A stretch of DNA of 28,261 bases from Candidatus Heimdallarchaeota archaeon (GTDB taxonomy: Archaea > Asgardarchaeota > Wukongarchaeia > Wukongarchaeales > JBHIFL01). The position numbers and the translations under genes were made by a program. The notes below the pieces were generated by a model. The model was not told the DNA's origin. It saw nothing but the letters and a program-made list of their open reading frames with translations, and did no database searches. Every line of letters begins with the position of its first letter. Position 1 is the stretch's first letter. Of this stretch, positions 1 through 9,035 are shown piece by piece. The stretch is taken from positions 1 to 28,261 of the forward strand of contig JBHIFL010000053.1 of assembly GCA_046761065.1 (NCBI GenBank), given 5' to 3'.

Positions 1-116
1 AAAACGTGAAATTTTGAAGCATAAGATTTTCGAAATTGCTGTTACTTATAGAATTTTTATAATCCTCTTAAAGAACACGCTTAGATTAACTCACTTTTAG
101 GACTGTTATGATATAG

Positions 117-473
117 ATGCATATGGAAGTTTCAGAGGTTCCAAAGCTGAGTTCAGTAAAAAAATCCCTTTGGCGAACCGTAGTTGTAATCAATCCAAAA
201 GATAATGTTGCTACAACCCTGAAAGATCTGAAAAGAGGTCAATTGATTACAATTGAGATTGGTAACAAAAAAATGGACATTGTTTCACTCAACACGATCC
301 CTTTTGGACACAAAATCGCATTGAGAAAAATTGGAAAAGGGGAAGATGTCTTGAAGTATGGTGAGGCGATTGGAAGGGCCACTCGAGACATTAGAAAAGG
401 GGAACATGTCCACATCCATAATGTAGAAAGCAAAAGAGGTCGAGGGCAAACTTCCGTGAACTTTTGTCTTTAA
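117..473 (+). CDS. UxaA-family SAF-domain protein (altronate dehydratase small subunit / SuyA-like)
   Basis: N-terminal 'INPKDNVAT', 'IPFGHKIAL', 'VLKYGEAIGRA' and 'GEHVHIHNVES' match the stand-alone SAF module of split UxaA/GarD/SuyA dehydratases. The true start may be slightly downstream. Confidence 0.88.
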   Translation: MHMEVSEVPKLSSVKKSLWRTVVVINPKDNVATTLKDLKRGQLITIEIGNKKMDIVSLNTIPFGHKIALRKIGKGEDVLKYGEAIGRATRDIRKGEHVHIHNVESKRGRGQTSVNFCL

Positions 474-541
474 CTAGATATCATTATATGAAAAAAAAGC
501 ATGCGATAATAAATAGTGTTCATAATATAATAATACTTGAG

Positions 542-805
542 TTACCACTCTGGTGGCTGCCATGGTCCTTTCTTCACTTGGCGCATGAAATTTAGAAATT
601 GCGCTGCGACTGCACCGTTCTCAAAATTCTTTCGCTCGGCAGTCTCCATAATCATGTTCACGATGTGTGTATGAGAAACATCAAAATAATCAGAAAAATT
701 CAAAAGATTTTGAAAGAAGTGATCTATCATATTGTTGTCGATGAAATGTTCCTCGAACAACATTTCTATCGTTTGTCTTATTGCTATTTCACCAAAATCT
801 TCCAT
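542..805 (-). CDS. Hypothetical protein (87 aa, helical, acidic)
   Basis: ATG preceded by an SD-like GGGGTGGAAG on the minus strand; protein-like composition; fills the gap between AT-rich spacers; no recognisable motif. Confidence 0.65.
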   Translation of the reverse strand: MEDFGEIAIRQTIEMLFEEHFIDNNMIDHFFQNLLNFSDYFDVSHTHIVNMIMETAERKNFENGAVAAQFLNFMRQVKKGPWQPPEW

Positions 806-1060
806 TAGACTTCCACCCCAACTTCAGAGTAAAATAGTTAGAATTCAGTACAAATTTTCTAGAACTGAGAAGAAACTACCTACTTAAAAGACTTTCTAAT
901 TTACATTGTTAATTCTTTTCAATGATGGTTTCAAGTTGTTGTAACATTTTAAAAAATGATGAAATTTAATAAAATTGAATCTAATATGTTTTATTTATTC
1001 AAAAGCTTCTACACCGAAAGAATACCAAATTTGTGATAGTGATTCTTCATATTTCGTGAA

Positions 1061-1549
1061 TCAATAGATTTGTCCTGAGTCCCCTTTTACCCAATCAGAT
1101 ACTAGAATTTCTAAAAATCCTTGTTTTTGACGGATAATGACATTTCTCAAGCCTGCATTTATTATGATTCGTCGGCACATCAGGCAGGAGTTCGCTCCCT
1201 CTTTTATCGAGCCATCCAGATTCTCGACATGGATGTACATAGTCCCATTTAACACAGAAACCCCAGCGCGAGCAGCATTAATGATTGCATTTGCTTCGGC
1301 ATGTACACTCCTACATAATTCATACCTTTCCCCGGAGGGGATATTTGCTTCTACTCTAGCGCAAGACCCAACATCTATGCAGTTCGGGGTGCCTCGAGGT
1401 GCACCAGCATAGCCGGTAGAAATAATCTGGTCTTCCCTAATGATGACCGCTCCTACTCGTCTACGGAGGCATGTACTCCGTTGAGCCACTTCTCGCGCAA
1501 TGTTAAGGTAATACTCCGTCTTTGAAGGTCGATTCATCGAGATCCCCAA
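1061..1549 (-). CDS. dCMP deaminase family protein (cytidine/deoxycytidylate deaminase, ComEB-like)
   Basis: 'RSTCLRRRVGAVI', 'TGYAGAPRG', zinc motifs HAE (SVHAEANA) and CxxC (SCLMC). More likely start is ATG at 1537 (MNRPSK). Confidence 0.92.
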   Translation of the reverse strand: MGISMNRPSKTEYYLNIAREVAQRSTCLRRRVGAVIIREDQIISTGYAGAPRGTPNCIDVGSCARVEANIPSGERYELCRSVHAEANAIINAARAGVSVLNGTMYIHVENLDGSIKEGANSCLMCRRIIINAGLRNVIIRQKQGFLEILVSDWVKGDSGQIY

Positions 1550-1711
1550 GATAAAATGATGTTTTTAGATAAGAAGTACTCATGTATCATTTCTTGAGCA
1601 AATTTTCCAGCATACATATTGTTGCTGGTATCAACTCTACTAATGGCTGGTGTTGAATTAACGTCTATAATTTTTCCCCTTTCTCTATAGTTGCGTATCC
1701 AAACTCTTTCA

Positions 1712-2257
1712 TTAAATCCTTAGTACAAAATATTTCACGATTTCTTTATTCCGAACCTCAGGATGGAACAGGACTCCATATATGCCCTTCTCTTTATGCT
1801 TGATTCCTTGAATGCATTTGTCTGATGTTGCGAGAATCTCAAAAGTTTTGGAAGGCTTTATCGTGTAATTGTGGAGTTCATATGCTTTGAAGTTAGATGC
1901 GAATAAAGGATTTTCTTTCAGTGTTTTTATCTCTTTCAGCCCTATTTCTTGGCATTTTTGAAAAGCTGAATTAAAAACTGCCCCGATCACTTGAAAGCCT
2001 GCACAAATTCCTAAAATTGGCCTATTGCATTGGTCTATCCAGTCAAATCTTTTTATATTCATTCTGTATTCATTTTCCTTTAATGGAGTGCCTGAAAGAA
2101 TGATTTTACTGTAGTTGTTGATCTTTTCCGACTTTATTTCTGTGTAATGTTTGATTTCACATGGTTCAAGTTTTTCAACAATTGTAACAAGAGGCAGAAC
2201 AAATTCAGTAAATCCAAGTGATACTTTCTTTGAATTTAGATCTACAATTAAGATCAT
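1712..2257 (-). CDS. Class I glutamine amidotransferase, stand-alone glutaminase subunit
   Basis: Intact Cys-His-Glu triad: 'PILGICAGFQ' and 'GVLFHPE'; oxyanion strand 'IILSGTP'. Start overlaps the upstream dph6 stop (ATGA, 2254-2257). Confidence 0.9.
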   Translation of the reverse strand: MILIVDLNSKKVSLGFTEFVLPLVTIVEKLEPCEIKHYTEIKSEKINNYSKIILSGTPLKENEYRMNIKRFDWIDQCNRPILGICAGFQVIGAVFNSAFQKCQEIGLKEIKTLKENPLFASNFKAYELHNYTIKPSKTFEILATSDKCIQGIKHKEKGIYGVLFHPEVRNKEIVKYFVLRI

Positions 2258-2934
2258 TGGTCTACCAATCTCGCCTTTTTTATTAGAAAAATTCCTGAAT
2301 TTTCATTTGTCTGTACTTCAAATTCTAAAATCTTAATCCTCTGTTGAAAGCACGGACCATCCAACACTGTGGTTTCGATCTCTCCCCCCTCTCCCGAAGG
2401 ACTTATTTGGTACTTTTTTTGAAGGAGACCCAATTCATTAATGGTTTGCTTATCTATTTCCCTCCCAAGCCACTTCTTATCTAAAGGATAAGCAAATACT
2501 CCGGAGATTATTACTTGAAACCCACTTTCGATGATTTCTTTTAATACCTCTACTTGGTTTTTCAACCATAACGGATTAAAACACCACAGATCTAACTCAT
2601 TACAGATTTTTTGGATCCTTTCTGCCTGGTAAATTGATTCTACTGCCCCTGTAACTATTCCCTCTATTTGATAAGTTTCCTTCGCTTTCTTGATAGCTTG
2701 TGCAAGGTCTTTAAGTTCCTCTTCTTTTCTTCCTTCTGAGAATTTTTGAATTAAAGGCAATCCAATTGCTTTTGCTTGCAGTTTCGTCAGATTGATGTTT
2801 GGGGTGTGATACATATAGCTTTCTTTGTTCTTTGATAAAATAGAAATTAAACAAACAACTGTTTCCTTCTCCAAGGCTTTAAATAATGCGTAAGTCGAAT
2901 CTTTCCCCCCAGAAAACAAAACTCCCAATTTCAT
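2254..2934 (-). CDS. dph6: Diphthine--ammonia ligase (Dph6 / MJ0570 family PP-loop ATPase)
   Basis: PP-loop 'LFSGGKDS', 'SYMYH', 'TGAVESIYQ..RI', 'PLW' and 'SGEGGEIETTVLDGP' are hallmark motifs; 226 aa is the single-domain archaeal length. Confidence 0.93.
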   Translation of the reverse strand: MKLGVLFSGGKDSTYALFKALEKETVVCLISILSKNKESYMYHTPNINLTKLQAKAIGLPLIQKFSEGRKEEELKDLAQAIKKAKETYQIEGIVTGAVESIYQAERIQKICNELDLWCFNPLWLKNQVEVLKEIIESGFQVIISGVFAYPLDKKWLGREIDKQTINELGLLQKKYQISPSGEGGEIETTVLDGPCFQQRIKILEFEVQTNENSGIFLIKKARLVDQ

Positions 2935-2956
2935 AAGTCTACTAATTTATTATTGG

Positions 2957-2963
2957 TTAAAAA
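2957..2963 (-). promoter_or_regulatory. Putative archaeal TATA box for a leaderless dph6-GATase transcript
   Basis: TTTTTAA on the minus strand 23-29 nt upstream of the ATG at 2934, with a purine-rich BRE-like stretch upstream and no SD before the ATG. Confidence 0.45.
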
Positions 2964-3102
2964 TCCTGTTATCACTGTAGCTTACTATAAGTAAAAAAGG
3001 AATAAGGAATGATCTGAGATACTCTTGGAATTATCTTAGTCCCCTTAGACCTCGTGAAGGAGGTGATTGATTTCTTTGCGAAAAAATGTTCTACATCAGC
3101 AA

Positions 3103-3921
3103 CTAATTATGAGCCCTAAGCCACTCAATAAATTTGATCATTTGATTAACCATATATTCATGATATTTCTTACCTTTATCAGGCGAGGCTTTTGTTGGAT
3201 CCCCCATGACTCCGGATTTAGTAAGTTCGGCTTCTTCTTTACTGTTAAAGGCGATATCGATCTTTTCGACGGGTCTATATGGATCAAGCATAAAGAATGG
3301 AGAGAACTTTGTTTCAAACGGAGGGATTTCCCTTATAATTTTGTCTGATCGCACCAACTCAGGGAACTTATACATTATGTGACTTGTTTCAATCTCTTCG
3401 GCATGGTACATGTGTTCCGATTCCCGCTTGGCTTTAGCAAACTTACTGCTAATCTTGAATGGATCAACTACGGCAAAAAAGATATCAGGGAATTCTTCTT
3501 CATGAAGACTTTTAATCGCTATATTAAGTGCAGGAAGGTTCGCACTGCGATGTCCGTTAATGAGGATCACCTTTTTAAAGCCAGTCTTAGCCAAGCTTCG
3601 ACAGATATCTTTGGTTACTTCAATCAATGTTTCTGAGCGTAATGTAATCGTTCCTGGGAAGCCTAAGTGATGTGGACTGTCTCCGAACCACAGAGGAGGG
3701 GTGGTTAAAACACCCGATTTTTTTGCTACATCTTCCGCCAAAGCAATAGCCGCGTATGTGTCACAGCCAGTGGGTAGATGATGGCCATGCTGTTCCGTAG
3801 ACCCAATTGGCACCAAGATGATATCATTTTCCATGAGATATTCCGCAATATCCGGCCATGTTTGTTCCTGAATCCAAACTGAGCTATTTCTCAATTTATT
3901 CACAACTCCTTTAAACTCCAA
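3103..3921 (-). CDS. Creatininase-family amidohydrolase (creatininase/ArfB/MftE family)
   Basis: 'PIGSTEQHGHHLPTGCD', 'SPHHLGFPGTI', 'INGH', 'HAEEIETS' and 'SGVMGDPTKAS..KG'. Confidence 0.93.
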   Translation of the reverse strand: MEFKGVVNKLRNSSVWIQEQTWPDIAEYLMENDIILVPIGSTEQHGHHLPTGCDTYAAIALAEDVAKKSGVLTTPPLWFGDSPHHLGFPGTITLRSETLIEVTKDICRSLAKTGFKKVILINGHRSANLPALNIAIKSLHEEEFPDIFFAVVDPFKISSKFAKAKRESEHMYHAEEIETSHIMYKFPELVRSDKIIREIPPFETKFSPFFMLDPYRPVEKIDIAFNSKEEAELTKSGVMGDPTKASPDKGKKYHEYMVNQMIKFIEWLRAHN

Positions 3922-4147
3922 TGGTATTTGAGAAATTTACAAATGTAGTTTCTTCCATAAATGTTCTGCTTATCAAGTGGTATGTATAATGAAAGCTTTT
4001 TGAATTCTATTGTTCGTAGGAAGCGAGGGGCAAGATAAATTTTAAACCGCTTTTTAAACGACAATTCTTACGTATCTTTCGCGTTGTGATGGAAATATTC
4101 AGATTTTTAAAAAGAACACCATTTATTAATCAAAGAACGAAAATACT

Positions 4148-5875
4148 TCAAAATGTAGCTATTCTTAGCAGTCTTTCCGATTTAAGCACCTCTGCAAGAT
4201 TGGCGACTGTTTCTTCACGTTCACGAAATAGCCAATACGCTTCTTTTAGTGTAATTGTTTGGAATTTAATTTTACTCAGTGGCGGCATCTGGGCGAGTGT
4301 ATCCACATCAACATTAATCACATTCGCGATTTTGGAGTAGCCCCCAGTTGTTTGGCGATCAGCCATCATAATGATTGGTTGCCCATCCCCAGGAACTTGA
4401 ATCGCGCCGAGGGGGATCGCTTCAGAGATAATATCTGTTCCGGCGATATTCTCGATCTTAGGTCCTTGGAGTCGATACCCCATTCGATCTGATTTGACTG
4501 TAATAGTATATTGCGCCGACAAAAACGTGTCCAAGCCTTCCGGGGTATAGTATTCCTCCTGGGGACCCAAGAGAACTCGAATATTAGCTTCCAATTCATA
4601 TGAGGGAATCATCTCAAGTGGGATTTGTATTCCCTCTAGAGGTTCTAATCTATACGAGGGACTTTCCCCCTTAAGTATGTCACCACTTCTTAAACGTCGC
4701 CCAGTTAAGCCTCCTATTCGTGATCCGACATGGGTCGAACAGCTTCCCAAGATTTTAGGTACCTGGATTCCTCCAGTCAAAGCGATGTACGCTCTTGCCC
4801 CACTTTTCCATCCTCCAAAAGAGATGATATCCCCGGGATATGCTAGGAAGGTCTGCCACATCGGTGTCGGCTCATTATTAAGTAATGGTGACAGATTTCC
4901 CCCCGTAATAGCTAAAAGCGTCTTGTTTAGAACTTCAAGAGTTGGTCCCATTATTGTAACTTCAAGACAGCCCTGATCTTCGGCATTTCCAACCAATAAG
5001 TTTGCGATTCGTGCTGCATAGCGGTCCATCGTTCCAGAAACTGAAACTCCATATTTTTGATAGAATGGTCTGCCCAGATCTTGAATGGTGGTGAATAATC
5101 CTGGATTTGTGACTCTGAAGATCAGTGTTCCTATGGCCTCTCGTGAACTTAGCAGGGTTGTTGGCCTCTTAAGTTTCTCTTTAGACTCCAGTTCCTTACC
5201 CAATTGTTTAAATTCATTTTCACTTATTTTCATGAACTTAACCCGATCTCCAACAGACAATAAGGCTGGTGGGTGCTTTTTCACGTCAAATAATTGGATT
5301 GGTGTTCTTCCAATAATCTGCCAACCACCTGGACTCGAAACAGGATAGATTCCAGTTAAATTTCCTGCAATTCCCACCGATCCGCCTGGGACAGACGTTC
5401 GTGGTGTTTTTAACCGGGGGGTAGCAATCTTCGGGGATAAACCTCCAAGATAAGGATACCCAGCAAGAAAGCCAACGAGTCCCACCCAATATTCCCCTGC
5501 TTGGTGAAGCGCTATCACCTCTTCAGGGCTCAAACCATGGTATTCTGCCACAGACTCGAGATCAGGACCATACTCTCCTCCATATACGGTTGGAATCTCC
5601 ACTCTTTTTGCTCGGCGTAATTGCTGGACCCTTTGTTTTCGTAATAACATGTCAATTCTTTCTTGTAGCTCACTTGCGGTGACCTTCAATGGATCATAAT
5701 TCAAACAGAGGGAACAAAATGTTGGGATCAACTCGCGGAGTCCAGTGATCTCCTGTTCTTCCAGAGCCAAGAAGGTACTGACCACCTTTTGATTAATTTC
5801 TTCTGCTATCTCCTTTCCAAACTCCACAAAAAGGTAATTGTCTCCTGCTAAGCGAAAGTGAATTTTTGTGGCCAC
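4148..5875 (-). CDS. pxpBC: Fused 5-oxoprolinase subunits B and C (PxpB-PxpC; KipI/KipA, allophanate hydrolase subunit 1+2 family)
   Basis: N-half 'IPTVYGGEYGPDL', 'GFLAGYPYLGGL', 'GGSVGIAG..TGIYPVSSPGGWQIIGRT'; C-half 'TTIQDLGR', 'SDRMGYRL', 'GAIQVPGDGQPIIMMADRQTTGGY'. One continuous ORF with a GTG start and GGAG upstream. Confidence 0.93.
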   Translation of the reverse strand: MATKIHFRLAGDNYLFVEFGKEIAEEINQKVVSTFLALEEQEITGLRELIPTFCSLCLNYDPLKVTASELQERIDMLLRKQRVQQLRRAKRVEIPTVYGGEYGPDLESVAEYHGLSPEEVIALHQAGEYWVGLVGFLAGYPYLGGLSPKIATPRLKTPRTSVPGGSVGIAGNLTGIYPVSSPGGWQIIGRTPIQLFDVKKHPPALLSVGDRVKFMKISENEFKQLGKELESKEKLKRPTTLLSSREAIGTLIFRVTNPGLFTTIQDLGRPFYQKYGVSVSGTMDRYAARIANLLVGNAEDQGCLEVTIMGPTLEVLNKTLLAITGGNLSPLLNNEPTPMWQTFLAYPGDIISFGGWKSGARAYIALTGGIQVPKILGSCSTHVGSRIGGLTGRRLRSGDILKGESPSYRLEPLEGIQIPLEMIPSYELEANIRVLLGPQEEYYTPEGLDTFLSAQYTITVKSDRMGYRLQGPKIENIAGTDIISEAIPLGAIQVPGDGQPIIMMADRQTTGGYSKIANVINVDVDTLAQMPPLSKIKFQTITLKEAYWLFREREETVANLAEVLKSERLLRIATF

Positions 5876-6147
5876 ATACTCCGCATCCTGAGGAGAGTTG
5901 TGTCATATGAATTTAGATAATAATAGTTGGGGAATATTGTTCCTTTCTAAAGGGGAAAGTCTTCCTGTGCATCTCCTAGAGAGGTTTTTGTACAGGAAAT
6001 CAACATAATTCAAATATTTTCTCCGTTTCTAAAAGAAGGTTTGCTTTTACAAGTCAAATTCGCAAGGGAACATTTATTAACCCCTTTCAGTGTGAAATAG
6101 AGAGGTAATTAATGGATTTTCTTAGAATGATCCCAAGATCCCTTTAA

Positions 6148-6933
6148 TTAAATGGATTGACTTATTGGTACTAATTTAATTCCTACATCTTGTGCTTCGA
6201 GCTCTTTTCGCACATTTTTTGCGAGTTCCACCGCACCTGGGGTGTCACCATGTACACAAATTGTGTCAATACGCCCAATCTGGATTTCTTTACCGGTTAT
6301 CGCTTGGATCTTCCTCTCTGATACCATTTTGATAACTCGTTTTGCGACTATCATTGGATCATGTATCACTGCCCCAGGAAGCTGTCTCGAAGCCAGTGTA
6401 CCATCTTCATTATATGCTCGATCCGCAAATCCTTCTTGTGCTACTTTTAACCCCAAATCCTCTCCGATTTTCACCATTCGTGAACCAGCTAATACAACAA
6501 GAATAATTTGGGGATCTATGGCTTTAACGGCCTCCGCTATCGCCTGTGCCAAATTAACATCGTTGGCTGCTTGGTTATAAATTGCTCCATGTGGCTTGCA
6601 ATGCTGCAATGTTCGTCCGTGTGCCTCGACAAACCCTCGAAGCGCACTAATTTGATAGATAAAATCGGTTCTCAGCTGATCTGGCGTGATTGCCATGGTT
6701 CGTCTTCCGAATCCCACCAAATCTGGAACGGAAGGATGGGCTCCGATCTCGACTCCGACTTCGATACAGTATTTAACTGTTCGTTCCATCACTAAGGGAT
6801 CTCCTGCATGAAATCCGCAGGCAATATTTGCTGAGGTGATATATGGCAGGATTTCCCGATCGAGTCCGAGGCTATAGACGCCAAAAGACTCACCCATATC
6901 ACAATTCAGGTCAATTGTAGCCTTTGAAGGCAT
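6148..6933 (-). CDS. pxpA: 5-oxoprolinase subunit A (LamB/YcsF family)
   Basis: 'IDLNCDMGESFG', 'SANIACGFHAGDP', 'KPHGAIYN', 'EGFADRAY' and 'DTICVHGDTPGA'; SD GGAGGT before the ATG. Confidence 0.96.
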   Translation of the reverse strand: MPSKATIDLNCDMGESFGVYSLGLDREILPYITSANIACGFHAGDPLVMERTVKYCIEVGVEIGAHPSVPDLVGFGRRTMAITPDQLRTDFIYQISALRGFVEAHGRTLQHCKPHGAIYNQAANDVNLAQAIAEAVKAIDPQIILVVLAGSRMVKIGEDLGLKVAQEGFADRAYNEDGTLASRQLPGAVIHDPMIVAKRVIKMVSERKIQAITGKEIQIGRIDTICVHGDTPGAVELAKNVRKELEAQDVGIKLVPISQSI

Positions 6934-7022
6934 GAAATAACCTCCAGAAGTTTCTTATTTGAAATCCGCCTTTATCAACACATGTTTTTATGGAATTTGC
7001 CATAAGAGTTCTTTTCACTTAT

Positions 7023-9035
7023 TTACTCGTCTTTTTTTAGGGTAATCATAAGGGCGCCTTCTTGTGTGACTTCCAAGTAAGCTTCTGGAGGCAACCACGT
7101 TGTCGAGCCAAATTCTTCAATCAGCGCTGGACCAACAATCCTATCTTGAGAAAGAAGTTTCGAGCGGTCATAGATCTTACAGAGTTCAAATTGGTCTCCT
7201 GTAAACACTTTTCGCGTGTCTTTGATGGCAGCTTTTGGGTTTTCGCGATCTCCTAGTGAGAGGATGTTGATATCAACATGAGGACTCGGTCCCAGTGCAG
7301 TAACCCGTATGTTAACGGTTTCCACCACATTCTCAGGAAATGCCCAGCCAAATTTCATTTGATGGATCTTATGAAACAAAACGATTAGGTCCCCCTCAAA
7401 TGGCAGGGTAAGCTCATAAGCTTGCCCTGAATAGCGTAAATCGATCTCTTTATTCACTATGATCTCTTCTGATTCTAAGCCCTCTTTTTCAAGAAAGCGA
7501 ATAGCTTCACTTGTTAGTTGCGCATATTCCTGCTCTAGTGTACTGATCACCTCTTCTTTTTCTTGGGACAAAGGTAAAATTATCGTTTTTACAAGATCAT
7601 GGCGCAAGCGGCTGCAAAGAAGCCCAAAAGCCGAGAAATTTCCCGGGAAAGGTGGGACAAGAACACGAGGTAGTTCTGTCATGTCTGCAACCATAGCTGC
7701 GTGTAATGGGCCAGCACCTCCAAAAGCGCATAATAAAAAGTCCCGTGGGTCATATCCTCGTTCGATACTTACTTTTCGTACGGCCATTGCCATATTCGTG
7801 CACACAAGTTGAAGAATAGTTGTACTTGCCCTTTCAGGATCTGGATTAATCTTTTGAAGTGCCTCCTGAGCAAGGTTCGCATCGAGGGGAAATTCTCCCC
7901 CTAATAATCCTTCTGGCCCAAGTCTTCCCGCAACTAAGTTTGCATCCGTGACCGTTGGGTCATTTCCACCTCGGGCATAACAAGCTGGTCCTGGATCCGC
8001 ACCAGCGCTTTTTGGACCTACATGAAGCGCGCCTCCTCGATCTACCCATGCTATGCTTCCACCTCCAGCCCCGATAGTTTCGATATCGACGGATCGGATC
8101 TGAACTGGCTGGCGAACCGTAATTTGACGGCGCATTTCTGGAACGCCCTGATATGATAGACAGACATCGCAAGATGTCCCGCCCATATCGAAACCGATCA
8201 TGTTCCGCTCCTGAAGCCTATGGGAAAGATAATTCGTGGCAGCTACTCCTGCTGAGGGCCCGGAAAGGAGGGCATAGACAGGGCGTTCTTTCATCGCTTC
8301 AGGAGACATTAATCCTCCGGCATTGTCAAAGATAGCAAGTTTCTCATATAATCCTCCAATCAGCCCTTGAAGTGCTTCCAAGTATGCTATCATCACTCCA
8401 CGAAGTGTCGCGTTTGCGCAGGTGGTTGCAGTCCGCTCATATTCCCGATAGATAGGCGCAATCTCAGTTGAGATCGATACATCCATATCTGGATAAGTTT
8501 GCACGATAAGGCGTTTCGTTTCCGCCTCATGGGAAGAATTAACATATGAAAAGAGATAACAAACCGCGATATTAGTGACTCCTTCCTCTCTGAGAAACTG
8601 AACTTCCCTTATTACATCCTCTTGATTCAGCGGCATTTCAATGGTTCCTTCTGCATTGATCCTTTCTGAGATTTCCCTACGATGCCTTCTGCGTACGAGG
8701 GGTTCCGGTCTGTCGAAGAACAAATCATAGAGGGTTGGTCTGTTTTGCCGTCCGATCTCTAGAACATCTCTAAACCCTTTTGTCGTTAAGAGCCCTGTTG
8801 CTGGTACTTTGCCTTCCAAAAGCGCATTTGTGCAAATAGTGGTGCCATGGCCAAGGAAGTGCACGTCGTACGCTGAGATTTTCTCTTTCTCCAATAATCT
8901 TTCAATTCCTGTTAAGAAAGCTCTAGCCGGTTCTGAGGAAGTGGAATGGACTTTGGTTGCCAGGATTTTGCCTGCTTTAGTAAGAATAATGAAATCTGTA
9001 AAAGTACCTCCGATATCTACTCCGATTCGCACCAT
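7023..9035 (-). CDS. hyuA: Hydantoinase A / oxoprolinase ATP-binding subunit
   Basis: 'GVDIGGTFTD', 'HGTT..TNALLE', 'LLSGPSAG', 'FDMGGTSCD', 'IGAGGGSIA', 'GPKSAGADPGPACY' and 'FGGAGPLHA'. ATG directly abuts the hyuB stop (TGA ATG). Confidence 0.95.
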   Translation of the reverse strand: MVRIGVDIGGTFTDFIILTKAGKILATKVHSTSSEPARAFLTGIERLLEKEKISAYDVHFLGHGTTICTNALLEGKVPATGLLTTKGFRDVLEIGRQNRPTLYDLFFDRPEPLVRRRHRREISERINAEGTIEMPLNQEDVIREVQFLREEGVTNIAVCYLFSYVNSSHEAETKRLIVQTYPDMDVSISTEIAPIYREYERTATTCANATLRGVMIAYLEALQGLIGGLYEKLAIFDNAGGLMSPEAMKERPVYALLSGPSAGVAATNYLSHRLQERNMIGFDMGGTSCDVCLSYQGVPEMRRQITVRQPVQIRSVDIETIGAGGGSIAWVDRGGALHVGPKSAGADPGPACYARGGNDPTVTDANLVAGRLGPEGLLGGEFPLDANLAQEALQKINPDPERASTTILQLVCTNMAMAVRKVSIERGYDPRDFLLCAFGGAGPLHAAMVADMTELPRVLVPPFPGNFSAFGLLCSRLRHDLVKTIILPLSQEKEEVISTLEQEYAQLTSEAIRFLEKEGLESEEIIVNKEIDLRYSGQAYELTLPFEGDLIVLFHKIHQMKFGWAFPENVVETVNIRVTALGPSPHVDINILSLGDRENPKAAIKDTRKVFTGDQFELCKIYDRSKLLSQDRIVGPALIEEFGSTTWLPPEAYLEVTQEGALMITLKKDE

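Noticed and set aside
1166-1200. SCLMC instead of PCxxC in the dCMP deaminase as a sign of inactivation
   Set aside because: Both Cys ligands and HAE are intact, and loss of the Pro is a tolerated variation as far as I recall.
1607-1628. CCAGCA/TGCTGG inverted repeat and weak neighbouring hairpins upstream of the dCMP deaminase
   Set aside because: Only a 6-bp stem, with no recognisable riboswitch or terminator features; compatible with chance.
4086-5489. Several short ORFs overlapping pxpBC, and similar shadow ORFs over hyuAB, liv, DUF4438, the amidohydrolase and DUF362
   Set aside because: They lie antisense or out of frame within well-supported genes and have no motifs of their own.
4148-5875. 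Urea carboxylase / urea amidolyase
   Set aside because: No biotin carboxylase or biotinyl-lysine domain, and pxpA is adjacent.
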